A stretch of DNA of 64,000 bases, taken from contig JBFMAY010000018.1 in NCBI GenBank assembly GCA_040755455.1, positions 1 to 64,000 of the forward strand, read 5' to 3'. Position 1 is the stretch's first letter. Each line of letters begins with the position of its first letter. The stretch comes from Thermodesulfobacteriota bacterium (GTDB lineage Bacteria > Desulfobacterota > Desulfobulbia > Desulfobulbales > SURF-16). This document shows positions 27,230 to 37,458 of the stretch, in pieces. The translations under genes and the position numbers were made by a program. The notes below the pieces were generated by a model. That model saw nothing but the letters and a program-made list of their open reading frames with translations, was not told the DNA's origin and searched no databases.

Positions 27230-29599
27230 GTGCAAAATGATGATCAGATCCATCACGACAAGGATGAAATGACAGACATTGAAGAGCCGGAAATCCCGGA
27301 GATATTGCCGATGATGGCTGTTAGGGATGTGGTCATCTTCAATTATATGATTATTCCCCTTTTTGTCGGAAGGCCGGCATCCGTCAATGCCATCCAGGAG
27401 GCCCTGGCCGGCGATAAGCTGCTGCTCTTGGTCACCCAGAAGGATTCCACCATCGATGAGCCGGGGCAGGATGATATTTACAAGGTGGGAATGGTCTGCA
27501 TGATCATGAGGACCTTGAAGCTGCCCGATGGCAGGCTGAAAGTGCTGGTGCAGGCCCTGCATAAGGCACGGGTGAAAAAGATCGTGCAGGAAGTGCCCCA
27601 TTTCACCGCCAAGGTGGAGCTTTTCCCTGAAGAAAAAAGTGCCCCAGTGTCGGTTGAAACCGAGGCGCTGATGCGGACCGTGCGGGAGCAGACCGAAAAG
27701 ATCCTGTCGCTGAAGGGTGTTGTTTCCTCCGAGCTGATGGTCATTCTCAACGAAATCGAGGAGCCTGGGAGACTGGCGGATCTGGTGGTGTCCAACTTGC
27801 GTCTGAAGACAGCGGAGTCGCAGCTGGTTCTTGAAACGATTGAGGCCATTGACCGCCTGAAAAAGGTGGCTGAATTTCTCAACAAGGAACTGGAAGTTTC
27901 CACCATGCAGGCCAAGATCCAGTCCGAGGCCAAGGAGGAGATGGGCAAGACCCAGCGCGAGTATTTCCTGCGGGAGCAGCTCCAGGCGCTGAAAAAGGAG
28001 CTTGGCGATATCGATGACAAGTCGGAAGAAATCGAAGAGCTGCGGGTGAAGATCGAAAAGGCCAGAATGCCTTCCGGCGTCAAGAAGGAAAGCCTAAAGC
28101 AGCTGAAGCGGCTGGAAATGATGCACCCTGACGCCTCGGAGGCGACCATCGTCCGCACCTATCTTGACTGGATGCTCGATGTGCCCTGGCGCAAAAGCAC
28201 CAAGGATTTTCTTGATCTGAAGTTGGCCCGGCAGGTTCTTGATGAGGATCATCACGGACTGGAAAAGGTAAAGGAGCGTATTCTCGAATATCTGGCGGTG
28301 CGCAAGCTCAACCGGGCAACCAAGGGCCCTATTCTCTGTTTTGTCGGCCCTCCGGGCGTGGGCAAGACCTCACTGGGCAAATCAATAGCACGAGCCATGG
28401 GCCGGAAGTTCTACCGCCTTTCCCTGGGCGGCATGCGGGATGAGGCCGAGATCCGCGGCCATCGGCGCACCTATATCGGCGCCATGCCGGGCCGTATCAT
28501 CCAGGGGCTGAAGATTGTCGGCTCGAACAACCCCGTTTTCATGATGGATGAGATTGATAAGGTCGGATCGGATTATCGGGGCGATCCATCCTCGGCGCTG
28601 CTTGAGGTGCTTGATCCGGAGCAGAATTTTGAGTTTTCCGATCATTATCTCAATCAACCTTTTGATCTGTCCAAGGTCATGTTTATTACCACCGCCAATG
28701 TGATCGACACCATTCCCGGCCCGTTGCTCGACCGCATGGAGCTTATCCGTCTTTCAGGCTATACCCTGGAGGAAAAAATGGTTATTGCCAAACGCTATCT
28801 AGTGCCGCGGCAGCTGCAGCAAAATGGCATTCAGGACAAGTATTTCAGTATTGATGATGAAACCTTGAGCCTCATCATCACCAACTTCACCAAGGAGGCG
28901 GGCCTGCGCAATCTTGAACGGGAGATCGGCAAGGTCTGCCGCAAGGTGGCGCGACGGGTGGCAGAAGGCGGGAAGGGGCCTTACGCGGTTAACAAGCGAA
29001 CCCTCAACAAATATCTCGGGCCGCCCAAATTCCAGCCGGAAGCGGAGATTGATGTTATTGATCAGCCCGGGCTGGCCACCGGTTTAGCCTGGACCGAGGT
29101 TGGCGGCGAGATTCTTTATGTTGAGGTTTCTCTGCTGAAGGGCAAAGGTGGCCTGACTCTTACCGGCCAGCTTGGCGATGTGATGAAGGAGTCGGCCCAG
29201 GCGGCAATGACCGTCTGTCGTTCCCGTCTGGAAAAGCTTGGCAAGGGTGAGAACTATTTTGATGAGATTGATGTCCATGTGCATGTGCCGGCCGGCGCCA
29301 TTCCAAAAGACGGGCCGTCCGCCGGGGTGACGATTGTTGCTGCGCTTTATTCGGCTTTAATCGGCAAGAAGGTGCGGCAGGACGTTGCCATGACCGGGGA
29401 GATAACCCTGCGCGGCCGGGTGCTGCCCATCGGCGGCCTAAAGGAAAAGGCCCTTGCTGCCCTGCGCGCTAAAATCACCACAGTGATTATTCCCGAGCAG
29501 AACAAGACCGATCTGGTGGAGATTCCCAAGGATCTGCGGGATCAGATCAATTTTGTGCCGGTGAAAAATGTTGATCAGCTACTGGCCAAGATTTTTTGA
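27230..29599 (+). CDS. lon: Lon protease
   Basis: [36 protein letters not shown] start after GGAGG. Confidence 0.97.
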   Translation: MQNDDQIHHDKDEMTDIEEPEIPEILPMMAVRDVVIFNYMIIPLFVGRPASVNAIQEALAGDKLLLLVTQKDSTIDEPGQDDIYKVGMVCMIMRTLKLPDGRLKVLVQALHKARVKKIVQEVPHFTAKVELFPEEKSAPVSVETEALMRTVREQTEKILSLKGVVSSELMVILNEIEEPGRLADLVVSNLRLKTAESQLVLETIEAIDRLKKVAEFLNKELEVSTMQAKIQSEAKEEMGKTQREYFLREQLQALKKELGDIDDKSEEIEELRVKIEKARMPSGVKKESLKQLKRLEMMHPDASEATIVRTYLDWMLDVPWRKSTKDFLDLKLARQVLDEDHHGLEKVKERILEYLAVRKLNRATKGPILCFVGPPGVGKTSLGKSIARAMGRKFYRLSLGGMRDEAEIRGHRRTYIGAMPGRIIQGLKIVGSNNPVFMMDEIDKVGSDYRGDPSSALLEVLDPEQNFEFSDHYLNQPFDLSKVMFITTANVIDTIPGPLLDRMELIRLSGYTLEEKMVIAKRYLVPRQLQQNGIQDKYFSIDDETLSLIITNFTKEAGLRNLEREIGKVCRKVARRVAEGGKGPYAVNKRTLNKYLGPPKFQPEAEIDVIDQPGLATGLAWTEVGGEILYVEVSLLKGKGGLTLTGQLGDVMKESAQAAMTVCRSRLEKLGKGENYFDEIDVHVHVPAGAIPKDGPSAGVTIVAALYSALIGKKVRQDVAMTGEITLRGRVLPIGGLKEKALAALRAKITTVIIPEQNKTDLVEIPKDLRDQINFVPVKNVDQLLAKIF

Positions 29600-29629
29600 G
29601 TATATTCCATTTCGTGATGCGGGATTGAG

Positions 29630-30763
29630 GTGAAAGACGGCGACCAGGGCAAGCAGGTTCATAGCGATGGACCTGCAACGTGGATAAGGCAAGGACGACG
29701 CCATTGGCGGAAATGGCTTGTCCTGGCCTTGCTTGTTGTTCTCGCCGTCCCGGTGGGTTATCGTCTGTGGGTGTCGTCATACGCATCTTCTGTGCCGCAA
29801 TACGGCGGCGGCGGGCATGAGCCCATTGTTGTTTATATTCCCCCTGACAGCGGTTTTGCCGCGATCAAGCAAGCCCTGATTGACCGCCAGGTTATTGATG
29901 ACGATATTCGTTTTGGACTGCTGGCACGCAGGATGGGTGCAGTCGGCAAATTGCAGGCCGGGGAATATTGCTTTACGGCGGATCTCTCCCATCAGGCAAT
30001 TATTGAAAAACTTGCCAGGGGAGAGGTTTCCTATCGTCCGTTAACCGTTCCGGAAGGGTTCAATATCTTTCAGATTGGCGATCTGCTGGCAAGCGGTTTC
30101 GGTTATGATCGCAACGACTTTCTGCGCCAGGTGCAGGATGCGAAGCTTATTAAGTCGGTGGGGCTCGACGTCCCCTCTCTGGAAGGATACCTGTTCCCTG
30201 ATACCTATTTTGTCACCAGGGGCCAGATGCTTAATGAGATTGTCGCCATGATGGTGCATCGTTTTAACAAGGTTTATAACGAAATTTCCAAGCAGAATCA
30301 GGGGGCCAGCCCGTCAGTACCCCAGGCTGTTTCTCGCCATGAAATTGTCATTCTGGCCTCTATTGTGGAAAAAGAAACCGCCCTGCCGGATGAACGGCCC
30401 CTGATCGCCGCTGTTTTTCTCAACCGGCTCAAAAACAATATGAAATTACAGGCTGATCCCACCGTCATCTATGGTATTGCTGATTTCAATGGCAACATCA
30501 CCCGGCAGGACCTGATAACGCCTTCTCCTTACAATACCTATACCAAAACAGGGTTGCCGGCGGGACCCATCGCCAATCCGGGCAAGGAATCACTGGTTGC
30601 CGTGCTGCATCCGGCTGCTACCGGTTATTTGTATTTTGTCGCGCAAAACGATGGCAGTCATTTTTTTTCGAGTACCCTGGAGGAACATAACAGGGCGGTG
30701 ATCCGTTTTCAGAAGCAAAGAAGATTGTCAGCCCAAGAACCAGCTATGGGGGAAAAACAGTGA
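29630..30763 (+). CDS. mltG: endolytic transglycosylase MltG
   Basis: LEGYLFPDTY, ASIVEKET, LQADPTV, SPYNTY...GLPAGPI.NPG. Confidence 0.95.
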   Translation: MKDGDQGKQVHSDGPATWIRQGRRHWRKWLVLALLVVLAVPVGYRLWVSSYASSVPQYGGGGHEPIVVYIPPDSGFAAIKQALIDRQVIDDDIRFGLLARRMGAVGKLQAGEYCFTADLSHQAIIEKLARGEVSYRPLTVPEGFNIFQIGDLLASGFGYDRNDFLRQVQDAKLIKSVGLDVPSLEGYLFPDTYFVTRGQMLNEIVAMMVHRFNKVYNEISKQNQGASPSVPQAVSRHEIVILASIVEKETALPDERPLIAAVFLNRLKNNMKLQADPTVIYGIADFNGNITRQDLITPSPYNTYTKTGLPAGPIANPGKESLVAVLHPAATGYLYFVAQNDGSHFFSSTLEEHNRAVIRFQKQRRLSAQEPAMGEKQ

Positions 30764-30821
30764 ATCAGTTATGGGATAACAGCATCATAATGTTTAAAAA
30801 AGTTTCAGGCGGAGGGTGGTA

Positions 30822-31259
30822 ATGGCAAAAGCGGAATTGACGGACAGAAGGCTGCGCAATCAGCGCGGTTTTTCCCTAATGGAGTTGATGATTGTTATGG
30901 TCATACTTGGCCTGCTGGCCTCGCTGGTCGGCCCGACAATGTTTAAAAAGCTGGGCACGGCAAAGCAGAAAACAGCAAAGACCCAGATCGGCATGCTGAT
31001 GGCGGCATTGGATGCCTACCGTCTGGATATCGGCCATTATCCTTCCCAGCAGGAAGGTCTCGACTCGCTGGCGGTCAACCCGGGTGAAGATAAATGGGAT
31101 GGTCCCTATTTGAAGAAAGGGGTGCCGCTTGATCCGTGGGATAACGAATACCACTATCAGAACCCCGGTGAGCATGGGGAGGTGGATATCTATTCTCTTG
31201 GTGCTGACAACAGAGAGGGTGGGGAAAAGGAAAATGCGGATGTGGGCAGCTGGGAATAG
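30822..31259 (+). CDS. gspG: type II secretion major pseudopilin
   Basis: Prepilin site RG/FSLMELM, YRLD.G.YP, W.GPYL, DPW...Y.Y..PG, SLGAD..EGG. Confidence 0.93.
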   Translation: MAKAELTDRRLRNQRGFSLMELMIVMVILGLLASLVGPTMFKKLGTAKQKTAKTQIGMLMAALDAYRLDIGHYPSQQEGLDSLAVNPGEDKWDGPYLKKGVPLDPWDNEYHYQNPGEHGEVDIYSLGADNREGGEKENADVGSWE

Positions 31260-31286
31260 CGCCCATGCGCTATTCCCAGGTTTTTT
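31250..31286 (+). terminator. intrinsic terminator after gspG
   Basis: Perfect 13-bp stem CTGGGAATAGCGC/GCGCTATTCCCAG, 4-nt loop, then GTTTTTT. Confidence 0.85.
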
Positions 31287-32387
31287 CTAGTCTTTGGTAG
31301 TATGACAGACGAAGCAGCCCTCGTCATTAGGTTGATTGGCGATCATTTCACTGTAATCCCAGCGCAGGATGTCCGGGTACTCTGATCCGTGCACCCGGTG
31401 GCAGGACAGGCACATGACAATGGCTTCATCTCTCTGGGGACTTGCCGGATCGATCCAGGCCACCGGCGACTGGAGCTCATACGCAGTCACCGGGTCGTAC
31501 TGGGCGTATTCCCCTTCCTCGGGCAACACGATATCCGTCGGATGGCGCAGCCAGGTGTCGGCGCCTATTCCGTCAATGCTGTGAAATGTATTGTGACAGC
31601 CCGCGCAGTAGCTGGAGATGCCGTGTGTTTGCTTCAGCTCGAGGGTTCCTCCTTGGCCGATATCGTCCCGGTCCACCCCTGTGTAATAATTGTGATCATC
31701 ATTTGCTGCGATATGGTCAGGGTGTTCCCATGAGGCATGTTCAACGCCTTCCACGTAGGCGCCAAACTGTTCATCATGGGAATTGAGAAAGCGATAGCGG
31801 TTGTTGTCCTGGTGGTGATAGACATTGTAATGGCAGCCCTGGCAACCGCCCCGGTCATCGTTCTGGCCCGTTGGCGCCACGGCAAGGGTGTTGTGACAGG
31901 AGTTTGCCGTGCCGCAGCGGTTATTGCCGGGCGCAGTAGTCAGTTTGGCGTCGTGTTCTGAGATGCCGTAGACATTGTGGCCGTAACCGTCATAGGTTTC
32001 GCCCCGAGAAACGTTGTAAAAATTGCCGCCGGCCAGGGCCTTGCTCGGGTATGCCCCAGTATTAAAGACAATGGGAATCCGGTTCTCGCCGATTTCAACA
32101 ATGGTCTGGTCCGAGGTTGCAGAGTGGCAGCCGACACAATCGGCGATGAGCAGATAGCCCAGCGGGGTATCCGTAGCCACTCCAGAACTGAAAGTACCGT
32201 CGGCCGCCCAGCCGGCGCCTGACCCGCTGTGCGCGACCGCCGCGCCGTCCTGGGAATTATGCATGGTGTGACAGTTACCGCAGACTCCGCTTACTTTTGC
32301 TGTTGCATTGCCGACGGATAAGCTCAAGGCAAGGGAAAGAACCGAAAAAAGGAGAAGCCTCCTTTCTGTTAGAGAAATTTTTGTCAT
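31287..32387 (-). CDS. secreted multiheme c-type cytochrome, OmcS-like (6 CxxCH plus one CX5CH)
   Basis: GGAGG RBS, Sec signal ending ATA; CGNCHTMHNS, CVGCH, GGNF, GHN, CQGCH, CAGCH..FH, RHP, CLSCHRVH, terminal CFVCHTTKD, in the motif order of Geobacter OmcS. Confidence 0.85.
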   Translation of the reverse strand: MTKISLTERRLLLFSVLSLALSLSVGNATAKVSGVCGNCHTMHNSQDGAAVAHSGSGAGWAADGTFSSGVATDTPLGYLLIADCVGCHSATSDQTIVEIGENRIPIVFNTGAYPSKALAGGNFYNVSRGETYDGYGHNVYGISEHDAKLTTAPGNNRCGTANSCHNTLAVAPTGQNDDRGGCQGCHYNVYHHQDNNRYRFLNSHDEQFGAYVEGVEHASWEHPDHIAANDDHNYYTGVDRDDIGQGGTLELKQTHGISSYCAGCHNTFHSIDGIGADTWLRHPTDIVLPEEGEYAQYDPVTAYELQSPVAWIDPASPQRDEAIVMCLSCHRVHGSEYPDILRWDYSEMIANQPNDEGCFVCHTTKD

Positions 32388-32713
32388 ATGCGCCTCCGGT
32401 GCAAGTCTTTTTTTCTTGTCATTATTTGCTTCTGTTAGAGCCTGGCAGAGCGATTCGTTTGGCTGCATGGGTGGATTTTTCTCATCGTTTTTTGCGGCAA
32501 AGGCATAATTGCTGTTGTTGGAATGGTGAGGACTCAATTGTCCCTGCAGCGGTCGGAAAAAATGAAGTGAGGAACGGCAAAGAAAGAGATGTTCGAGGCA
32601 GGAACTGCCCGGCGGGAAATGGCCAGTAATGCTTATTGACGTACTGCCGCTGCAATCCTGGTTCCCCAATTGCCTCATCTTGTTGATCCTCTTTTTTGTC
32701 AGGAGATGGCCGT

Positions 32714-32754
32714 AAAAAATGCCGGGTCACTCATGATAACAAGGCAACCCGGCA
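32714..32754 (-). terminator. riboswitch expression platform: intrinsic terminator overlapping the aptamer 3' strand
   Basis: UGCCGGGUUGC pairs with GUGACCCGGCA (11 bp including G-U), followed by UUUUUU. Confidence 0.85.
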
Positions 32755-32820
32755 GTCTTGGCAGGAAGATCCGCGGTTTTCCGTCCCCAGCTTACGCAGG
32801 GGTTAGCTTTATCTTGTTAT
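32736..32820 (-). ncRNA. cyclic dinucleotide riboswitch, GEMM-I / c-di-GMP-I class
   Basis: AUAACAAG-AUAAAG-CUAACCCCUGC(GUAA)GCUGGGGACGGAAAACCGCGGAUCUU...AAGACUGCCGGGUUGC-CUUGUUAU: 8-bp P1, GNRA-capped P2, GACGGAAA junction, P3 with receptor-like bulge. Confidence 0.9.
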
Positions 32821-32848
32821 GTGTCTCAAGTTTTAAAGTCAAAGCTTT

Positions 32849-32864
32849 GTTTACATATGTAAAC
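32849..32864. promoter_or_regulatory. perfect 16-bp palindrome, candidate operator
   Basis: GTTTACATATGTAAAC, about 30 bp upstream of the riboswitch. Confidence 0.5.
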
Positions 32865-32907
32865 GGAAAACGGGGGATATTCAATTGGGCAAATTGTCGC
32901 ACTGCTG

Positions 32908-34584
32908 CTATTCTTCAGCTCCTTTGTGAAAGTCGATTTGAGATTGAGTGGGGTTCATGTCCGGATCGGCGATAATATTGATGGCAACGTTGTATTTTTC
33001 CTCGAGTTCGACAAGGTCAGTCCGTTTCTGATTCAGCATGTATTGGGCGATAGCCAGGGGAAAACGGCAGGTGATCCTCTCCGTCGTCTTTTTGATGGCG
33101 CCGGTCTGGATGCGGCGCAGCTGGGCCAGCGCCATGGTTTCCACCGAGCGAACCATGCCGAGACCCTGGCAGTGTTCGCAGACGATATAGCTTCCTTTTT
33201 GTACCGGAGGCCCCAGTCTCTGCCGGGAAATCTGCATCAGCCCGAATTTTGAGATGCGGCTGATATCCACCTTGGCCTTGTCATGTTTCATGCAGGCCTT
33301 GACCTGTTTTTCAACCTCCCGGATGTGTTTCTTGTCACGCATATCGATGAAGTCGACAACGATCAGGCCGCCCAGGTCCCGGAGGCGGAGCTGCCGGGTG
33401 AGTTCTTCCGCAGCCTCCATGTTGGCCAGAAAAATGGTTTCCTCAAAATTTTTGTCTTTTGAGGTGCGGCCGGAATTGACATCAATCGCCACCAGAGCCT
33501 CGGTGGGATTAATGACAATGGAGCCGCCGGAGGGAAGATTGACGGAAGGCTGGTAGATCTGCTCAATCTGCTCTTCAATCTGATAGAGGTTGAAGATGGG
33601 CCGGGCGCCTTTGTGCAGTTTGACCTTGGTCACCCGTTGTCTGGCCGGCAACAGGTTGAGAAAGTTGACCACCTGATCGTAAGTGATCAGGTTATCTACC
33701 AGTATTTCCTGGATATCATGGGTAAAATGATCGCGCAGGAAGCGGGCGGTGACATCTTGCTCTTTATAGACCAGGGCCGGGGCAGGCATGGTCTGGCCGC
33801 GTTTTTTGATTTCTTTCCACAGGTTGAGCTGATAGCGGATGTCCTGGAACAAAGCGGTTTTGGTGACATCCATGCTGGCGGTGCGCACGATGTAGCCGAT
33901 CTCTTCGGGCAGATTAGCCGAGCTGACGATTTCCCTGAGTTTGCTGCGCAGGCTCTCGTCTTCAATCTTGCGGGAAATGCCATGGCTGTCGCTGCCCGGC
34001 ATGAGGACCACATACCTGCCCGGCATGGAAAGATATGTGGTGACGCTTGCTCCCTTGTTGCCGGTGGCCTCCTTGACCACCTCGACCAGTACCTCCTGTC
34101 CCTTTCTGATGACCTCTTGTATCTTCAGGTCCTTCCAGTGGGTCGAGGGCGGGACATCCTTGCAGTAATATTCGGGATGGATGTCGCTGAAGGGCAGAAA
34201 GCCGTTGCGTTCAATGCCCATGTCGACAAAAACCGCCTGCAGATTGGGCTCAATGGCAGTAATGATACCCTTGTAGATGTTGCCCTTGGTCTGGGCGCTG
34301 GAAACGGTTTCCAGGTGAAATGAAGTCAGTTTGCCGTTATCAAGCAGGGCGATGCGGGCTTCCTCCGGCTCTTCGGAGTTGATGAGCAGCTTCAGGGCGG
34401 CGCCGCTGGATTTTTCTTCCTCATCCTCCGGTTGGGTTGCTTTATTCTGTTGGGGCGCTTTGTTTTTTGCCGCGTTAGTTTTTTTCGCCGGTGATTTTCT
34501 CGGCCGGGATCTGGGTTTTTTGGTAGGTGCCGGGGTTTCGGCCTTTTCTTCTTGAGTGGTCTCGGGTGTTTTTTCGTCGTTCAT
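32908..34584 (-). CDS. ribonuclease E/G family
   Basis: GNIYKG, S1 domain, IDVNSG, LRLRDLGGLIVVDFIDM, ISRQR, C..C zinc link; basic low-complexity N-terminal extension. Confidence 0.95.
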   Translation of the reverse strand: MNDEKTPETTQEEKAETPAPTKKPRSRPRKSPAKKTNAAKNKAPQQNKATQPEDEEEKSSGAALKLLINSEEPEEARIALLDNGKLTSFHLETVSSAQTKGNIYKGIITAIEPNLQAVFVDMGIERNGFLPFSDIHPEYYCKDVPPSTHWKDLKIQEVIRKGQEVLVEVVKEATGNKGASVTTYLSMPGRYVVLMPGSDSHGISRKIEDESLRSKLREIVSSANLPEEIGYIVRTASMDVTKTALFQDIRYQLNLWKEIKKRGQTMPAPALVYKEQDVTARFLRDHFTHDIQEILVDNLITYDQVVNFLNLLPARQRVTKVKLHKGARPIFNLYQIEEQIEQIYQPSVNLPSGGSIVINPTEALVAIDVNSGRTSKDKNFEETIFLANMEAAEELTRQLRLRDLGGLIVVDFIDMRDKKHIREVEKQVKACMKHDKAKVDISRISKFGLMQISRQRLGPPVQKGSYIVCEHCQGLGMVRSVETMALAQLRRIQTGAIKKTTERITCRFPLAIAQYMLNQKRTDLVELEEKYNVAINIIADPDMNPTQSQIDFHKGAEE

Positions 34585-34653
34585 GATTTTCCTTCAGGTG
34601 GCAAACCTGCCTGAACAGCCCTGTCTGTGCGAGGGCTTGAGGATGCGTGCTGT

Positions 34654-35592
34654 TCAGGCGGCTGGCGATGTCTGGTAATAGATTTTTCCCCTATGCGCCG
34701 AATGAGCAATCTCACCGCTTTCCATCAGCTCTTGTAAAAGCCGGGCGGTTGAGTTGCTGTCTAGATTCAAGGCCTCGCAGATATCTATCTCGGTGCATGG
34801 GCGTCTTTGCAGCATTTCTAATAATTCTGTTTTTTTGGCTGATCGAGCATTGGCTCTCTTCCTTTTGCGGAAATCTGCTATAATTTCTATAGATCCGGGA
34901 AGCTGCCGGCTGATATCCTCCAGTTCGGCTTCCGTCAAGGGCTTGGCAAATCCCTCAAGCGGAGGACGTATTACGGTGTTCAGCTGGATTTTGGTCGGTT
35001 TAATATCGTTGAGGGCCTGCCTTAAGGCGGCAAGATCTTGGGCCGAGTCATTGGTGCCTTTGCAGAGAAGGATCTCAAGCCATAGTTCCCCTCTGAAATT
35101 TCGGGCAAAGAGACAAAGTCCCTCGATGATCTCCTGTAATTTTGCGCATTGCGCTGGTCTATTTATCTTACGAAAACTTTCCTCCCTGGCTGAGTCAAGG
35201 GATGGAATGACAATGTCGGCATGCTCGAGATCCCGTCGCACATCTTCCCGATAAAGAAGAGACCCGTTGGTGAGCACGGCAACCGGCAGTGCGGTTCTTG
35301 TTTTCAGGTGGTTGATGATTTCACCGAGTCCGCTGTGCAGAGTGGGTTCACCGCTTGCGGTGATGGTGAAAACGTCGTTTGGTTTCGCCTGACCGGGTGT
35401 TGCCAGAAAGGAATCTATTTCGGCAATGATTTCCGCGGTTGGGGTGTATTCCTTTCTCTCACAGGTGAAAATGGTGGTCGGCCCCACCTCGCAATAAATG
35501 CAGTTGAAGTTGCAGATTTTTGCAGGGAGGAGATCGATGCCCAGTGACAAACCCAAGCGTCGGGAGTTGACGGGTCCAAACAGATATTTCAT
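34654..35592 (-). CDS. radical SAM protein (Tyw1-like/COG0731 type) with C-terminal winged-helix-like tail
   Basis: FGPV.SRRLG.SLG, CNFNCIYC, SGEPTL, LTNGSL. Confidence 0.85.
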   Translation of the reverse strand: MKYLFGPVNSRRLGLSLGIDLLPAKICNFNCIYCEVGPTTIFTCERKEYTPTAEIIAEIDSFLATPGQAKPNDVFTITASGEPTLHSGLGEIINHLKTRTALPVAVLTNGSLLYREDVRRDLEHADIVIPSLDSAREESFRKINRPAQCAKLQEIIEGLCLFARNFRGELWLEILLCKGTNDSAQDLAALRQALNDIKPTKIQLNTVIRPPLEGFAKPLTEAELEDISRQLPGSIEIIADFRKRKRANARSAKKTELLEMLQRRPCTEIDICEALNLDSNSTARLLQELMESGEIAHSAHRGKIYYQTSPAA

Positions 35593-35684
35593 TCAGAGAG
35601 AGCAGTATTCATGTTAACTTAATCTGATTTTTAAATTATATAGTTAAAAACAATCGCCATCAGTTGGCAAGAGAAAGTTTTGCC

Positions 35685-35714
35685 TTGACACGCTTTATTG
35701 CGAAACGTTAGTTT
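35685..35714 (+). promoter_or_regulatory. candidate sigma70 promoter for ilvD
   Basis: TTGACA-N18-TAGTTT about 50 nt upstream of the start. Confidence 0.4.
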
Positions 35715-35765
35715 CAGAAGTCCAAATGAAATGGAATCGGATATCACTTTAATAAGGACACACTC

Positions 35766-37427
35766 ATGCGGAGCGATGCGGTTAAAAAAGGATTGGAAAG
35801 GGCGCCTCACAGGTCGCTGTTTAAGGCAATGGGCTACACCAACGAGGAAATACAGCGGCCACTGATTGGTATCGGTCACGCCCACAATGAGATCATTCCC
35901 GGCCATATTCATCTTGATAAAATTGTGGAGGCGGTCAAGGCCGGAGTCCGCATGGCCGGCGGAACGCCCATTGCCTTTGCGACAATCGGCGTCTGCGACG
36001 GCATTGCCATGAATCATACGGGCATGAAATATTCCCTGGCCAGCCGGGAAATCATTGCCGATTCGGTTGAAATCATGGGACAGGCCCATCCTTTTGACGC
36101 CATGGTGCTTATCCCCAACTGTGATAAGGTGGTGCCCGGAATGCTCATGGCCATGCTGCGGCTCAATATTCCGGCGGTCATGGTCAGCGGCGGGCCGATG
36201 CTTACCGGCCGCTTTCAGGGCAGGGACGTGCATCTGGTCAGCGTCTTTGAGGGGGTGGGCCGGGTCAAGGCCAATACCATGAGCCTTGAGGAACTGGACG
36301 AGCTTGAAAATGCCGCCTGCCCAACCTGCGGCTCCTGCTCCGGCATGTTTACGGCGAACTCTATGAACTGCCTGACCGAGGCCCTGGGCCTGGGGTTGCC
36401 TGGCAACGGCACCATTCCGGCAGTTGCCGCGGCGCGTATCCGGCTGGCCAAGCAGGCTGGGATGGCGGTGATGAATCTCTTCCATGAACAGATCAGACCC
36501 CGGGATATCGCCACCAAGGAGGCCTTTGAGAATGCCATGGCCGTTGACATGGCGCTGGGTTGTTCGACCAATACGGTGCTGCATGTGCCGGCAATCGCCA
36601 GGGAGGCCGGGGTTGACCTGCCGCTGGCTACCTTTAACGAGGTGAGCAGGAGGGTGCCTCATATCTGCAGTCTGATCCCCGGCGGGTCCCATAGCCTCCA
36701 GCAACTCAACGAAGCCGGCGGGGTGCAGGCGGTGATGCGTGAACTGTTGAACAGCGAGCTCGGCCTGCACCAGCAGGTCATGACGGTGACCGGCCACACC
36801 CTGGGTGAGAACCTGCAAAAGGCCAAGGTGCGGGACAATGAGATTATCCGCCCGGTTGACAATCCCTACCACAAGCAGGGGGGCATTGCCGTGCTGTATG
36901 GCAACCTCGCCCCGGAGGGGGCGGTGGTCAAACAGTCGGCCGTGGCCGCCGAGATGATGTGTCATACCGGTCCGGCCCGGGTATTTGATTCGGAAGAGGA
37001 GGCCCAGACAGCAATTCTTGCCGGCAGCATCAAGCCTGGCGACGTGGTTGTCATCCGCTACTGCGGTCCAAAGGGTGGCCCCGGCATGCCGGAGATGCTG
37101 TCGCCCACCTCGGCAATCATTGGCATGGGACTGGGGAAAAGCGTGGCCCTGATCACCGATGGCCGTTTCAGCGGCGGCACCCAGGGGGCCTGCGTCGGCC
37201 ATGTCTCGCCGGAGGCGGCTGAGGGCGGGCCCATCGGTATGCTCAGGGAAGGTGATACCATTGTCGTGGATATTACCAACAAACGGCTGCACTGTGAAAT
37301 TGATGAGGCGGAAATGGCCGGACGCAGGGCGGCATGGCAGCCGCCGGCCCCGAAAATCACCACAGGCTATGTCGCCCGCTATGCCAGAATGGTCGGTTCC
37401 GGCAGTTCCGGGGCAATCCTCAAGTGA
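35766..37427 (+). CDS. ilvD: dihydroxy-acid dehydratase
   Basis: [45 protein letters not shown]. Confidence 0.97.
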   Translation: MRSDAVKKGLERAPHRSLFKAMGYTNEEIQRPLIGIGHAHNEIIPGHIHLDKIVEAVKAGVRMAGGTPIAFATIGVCDGIAMNHTGMKYSLASREIIADSVEIMGQAHPFDAMVLIPNCDKVVPGMLMAMLRLNIPAVMVSGGPMLTGRFQGRDVHLVSVFEGVGRVKANTMSLEELDELENAACPTCGSCSGMFTANSMNCLTEALGLGLPGNGTIPAVAAARIRLAKQAGMAVMNLFHEQIRPRDIATKEAFENAMAVDMALGCSTNTVLHVPAIAREAGVDLPLATFNEVSRRVPHICSLIPGGSHSLQQLNEAGGVQAVMRELLNSELGLHQQVMTVTGHTLGENLQKAKVRDNEIIRPVDNPYHKQGGIAVLYGNLAPEGAVVKQSAVAAEMMCHTGPARVFDSEEEAQTAILAGSIKPGDVVVIRYCGPKGGPGMPEMLSPTSAIIGMGLGKSVALITDGRFSGGTQGACVGHVSPEAAEGGPIGMLREGDTIVVDITNKRLHCEIDEAEMAGRRAAWQPPAPKITTGYVARYARMVGSGSSGAILK

Positions 37428-37458
37428 GGGGGCAAGGGAGCCGCTTCGGTTATATTTT

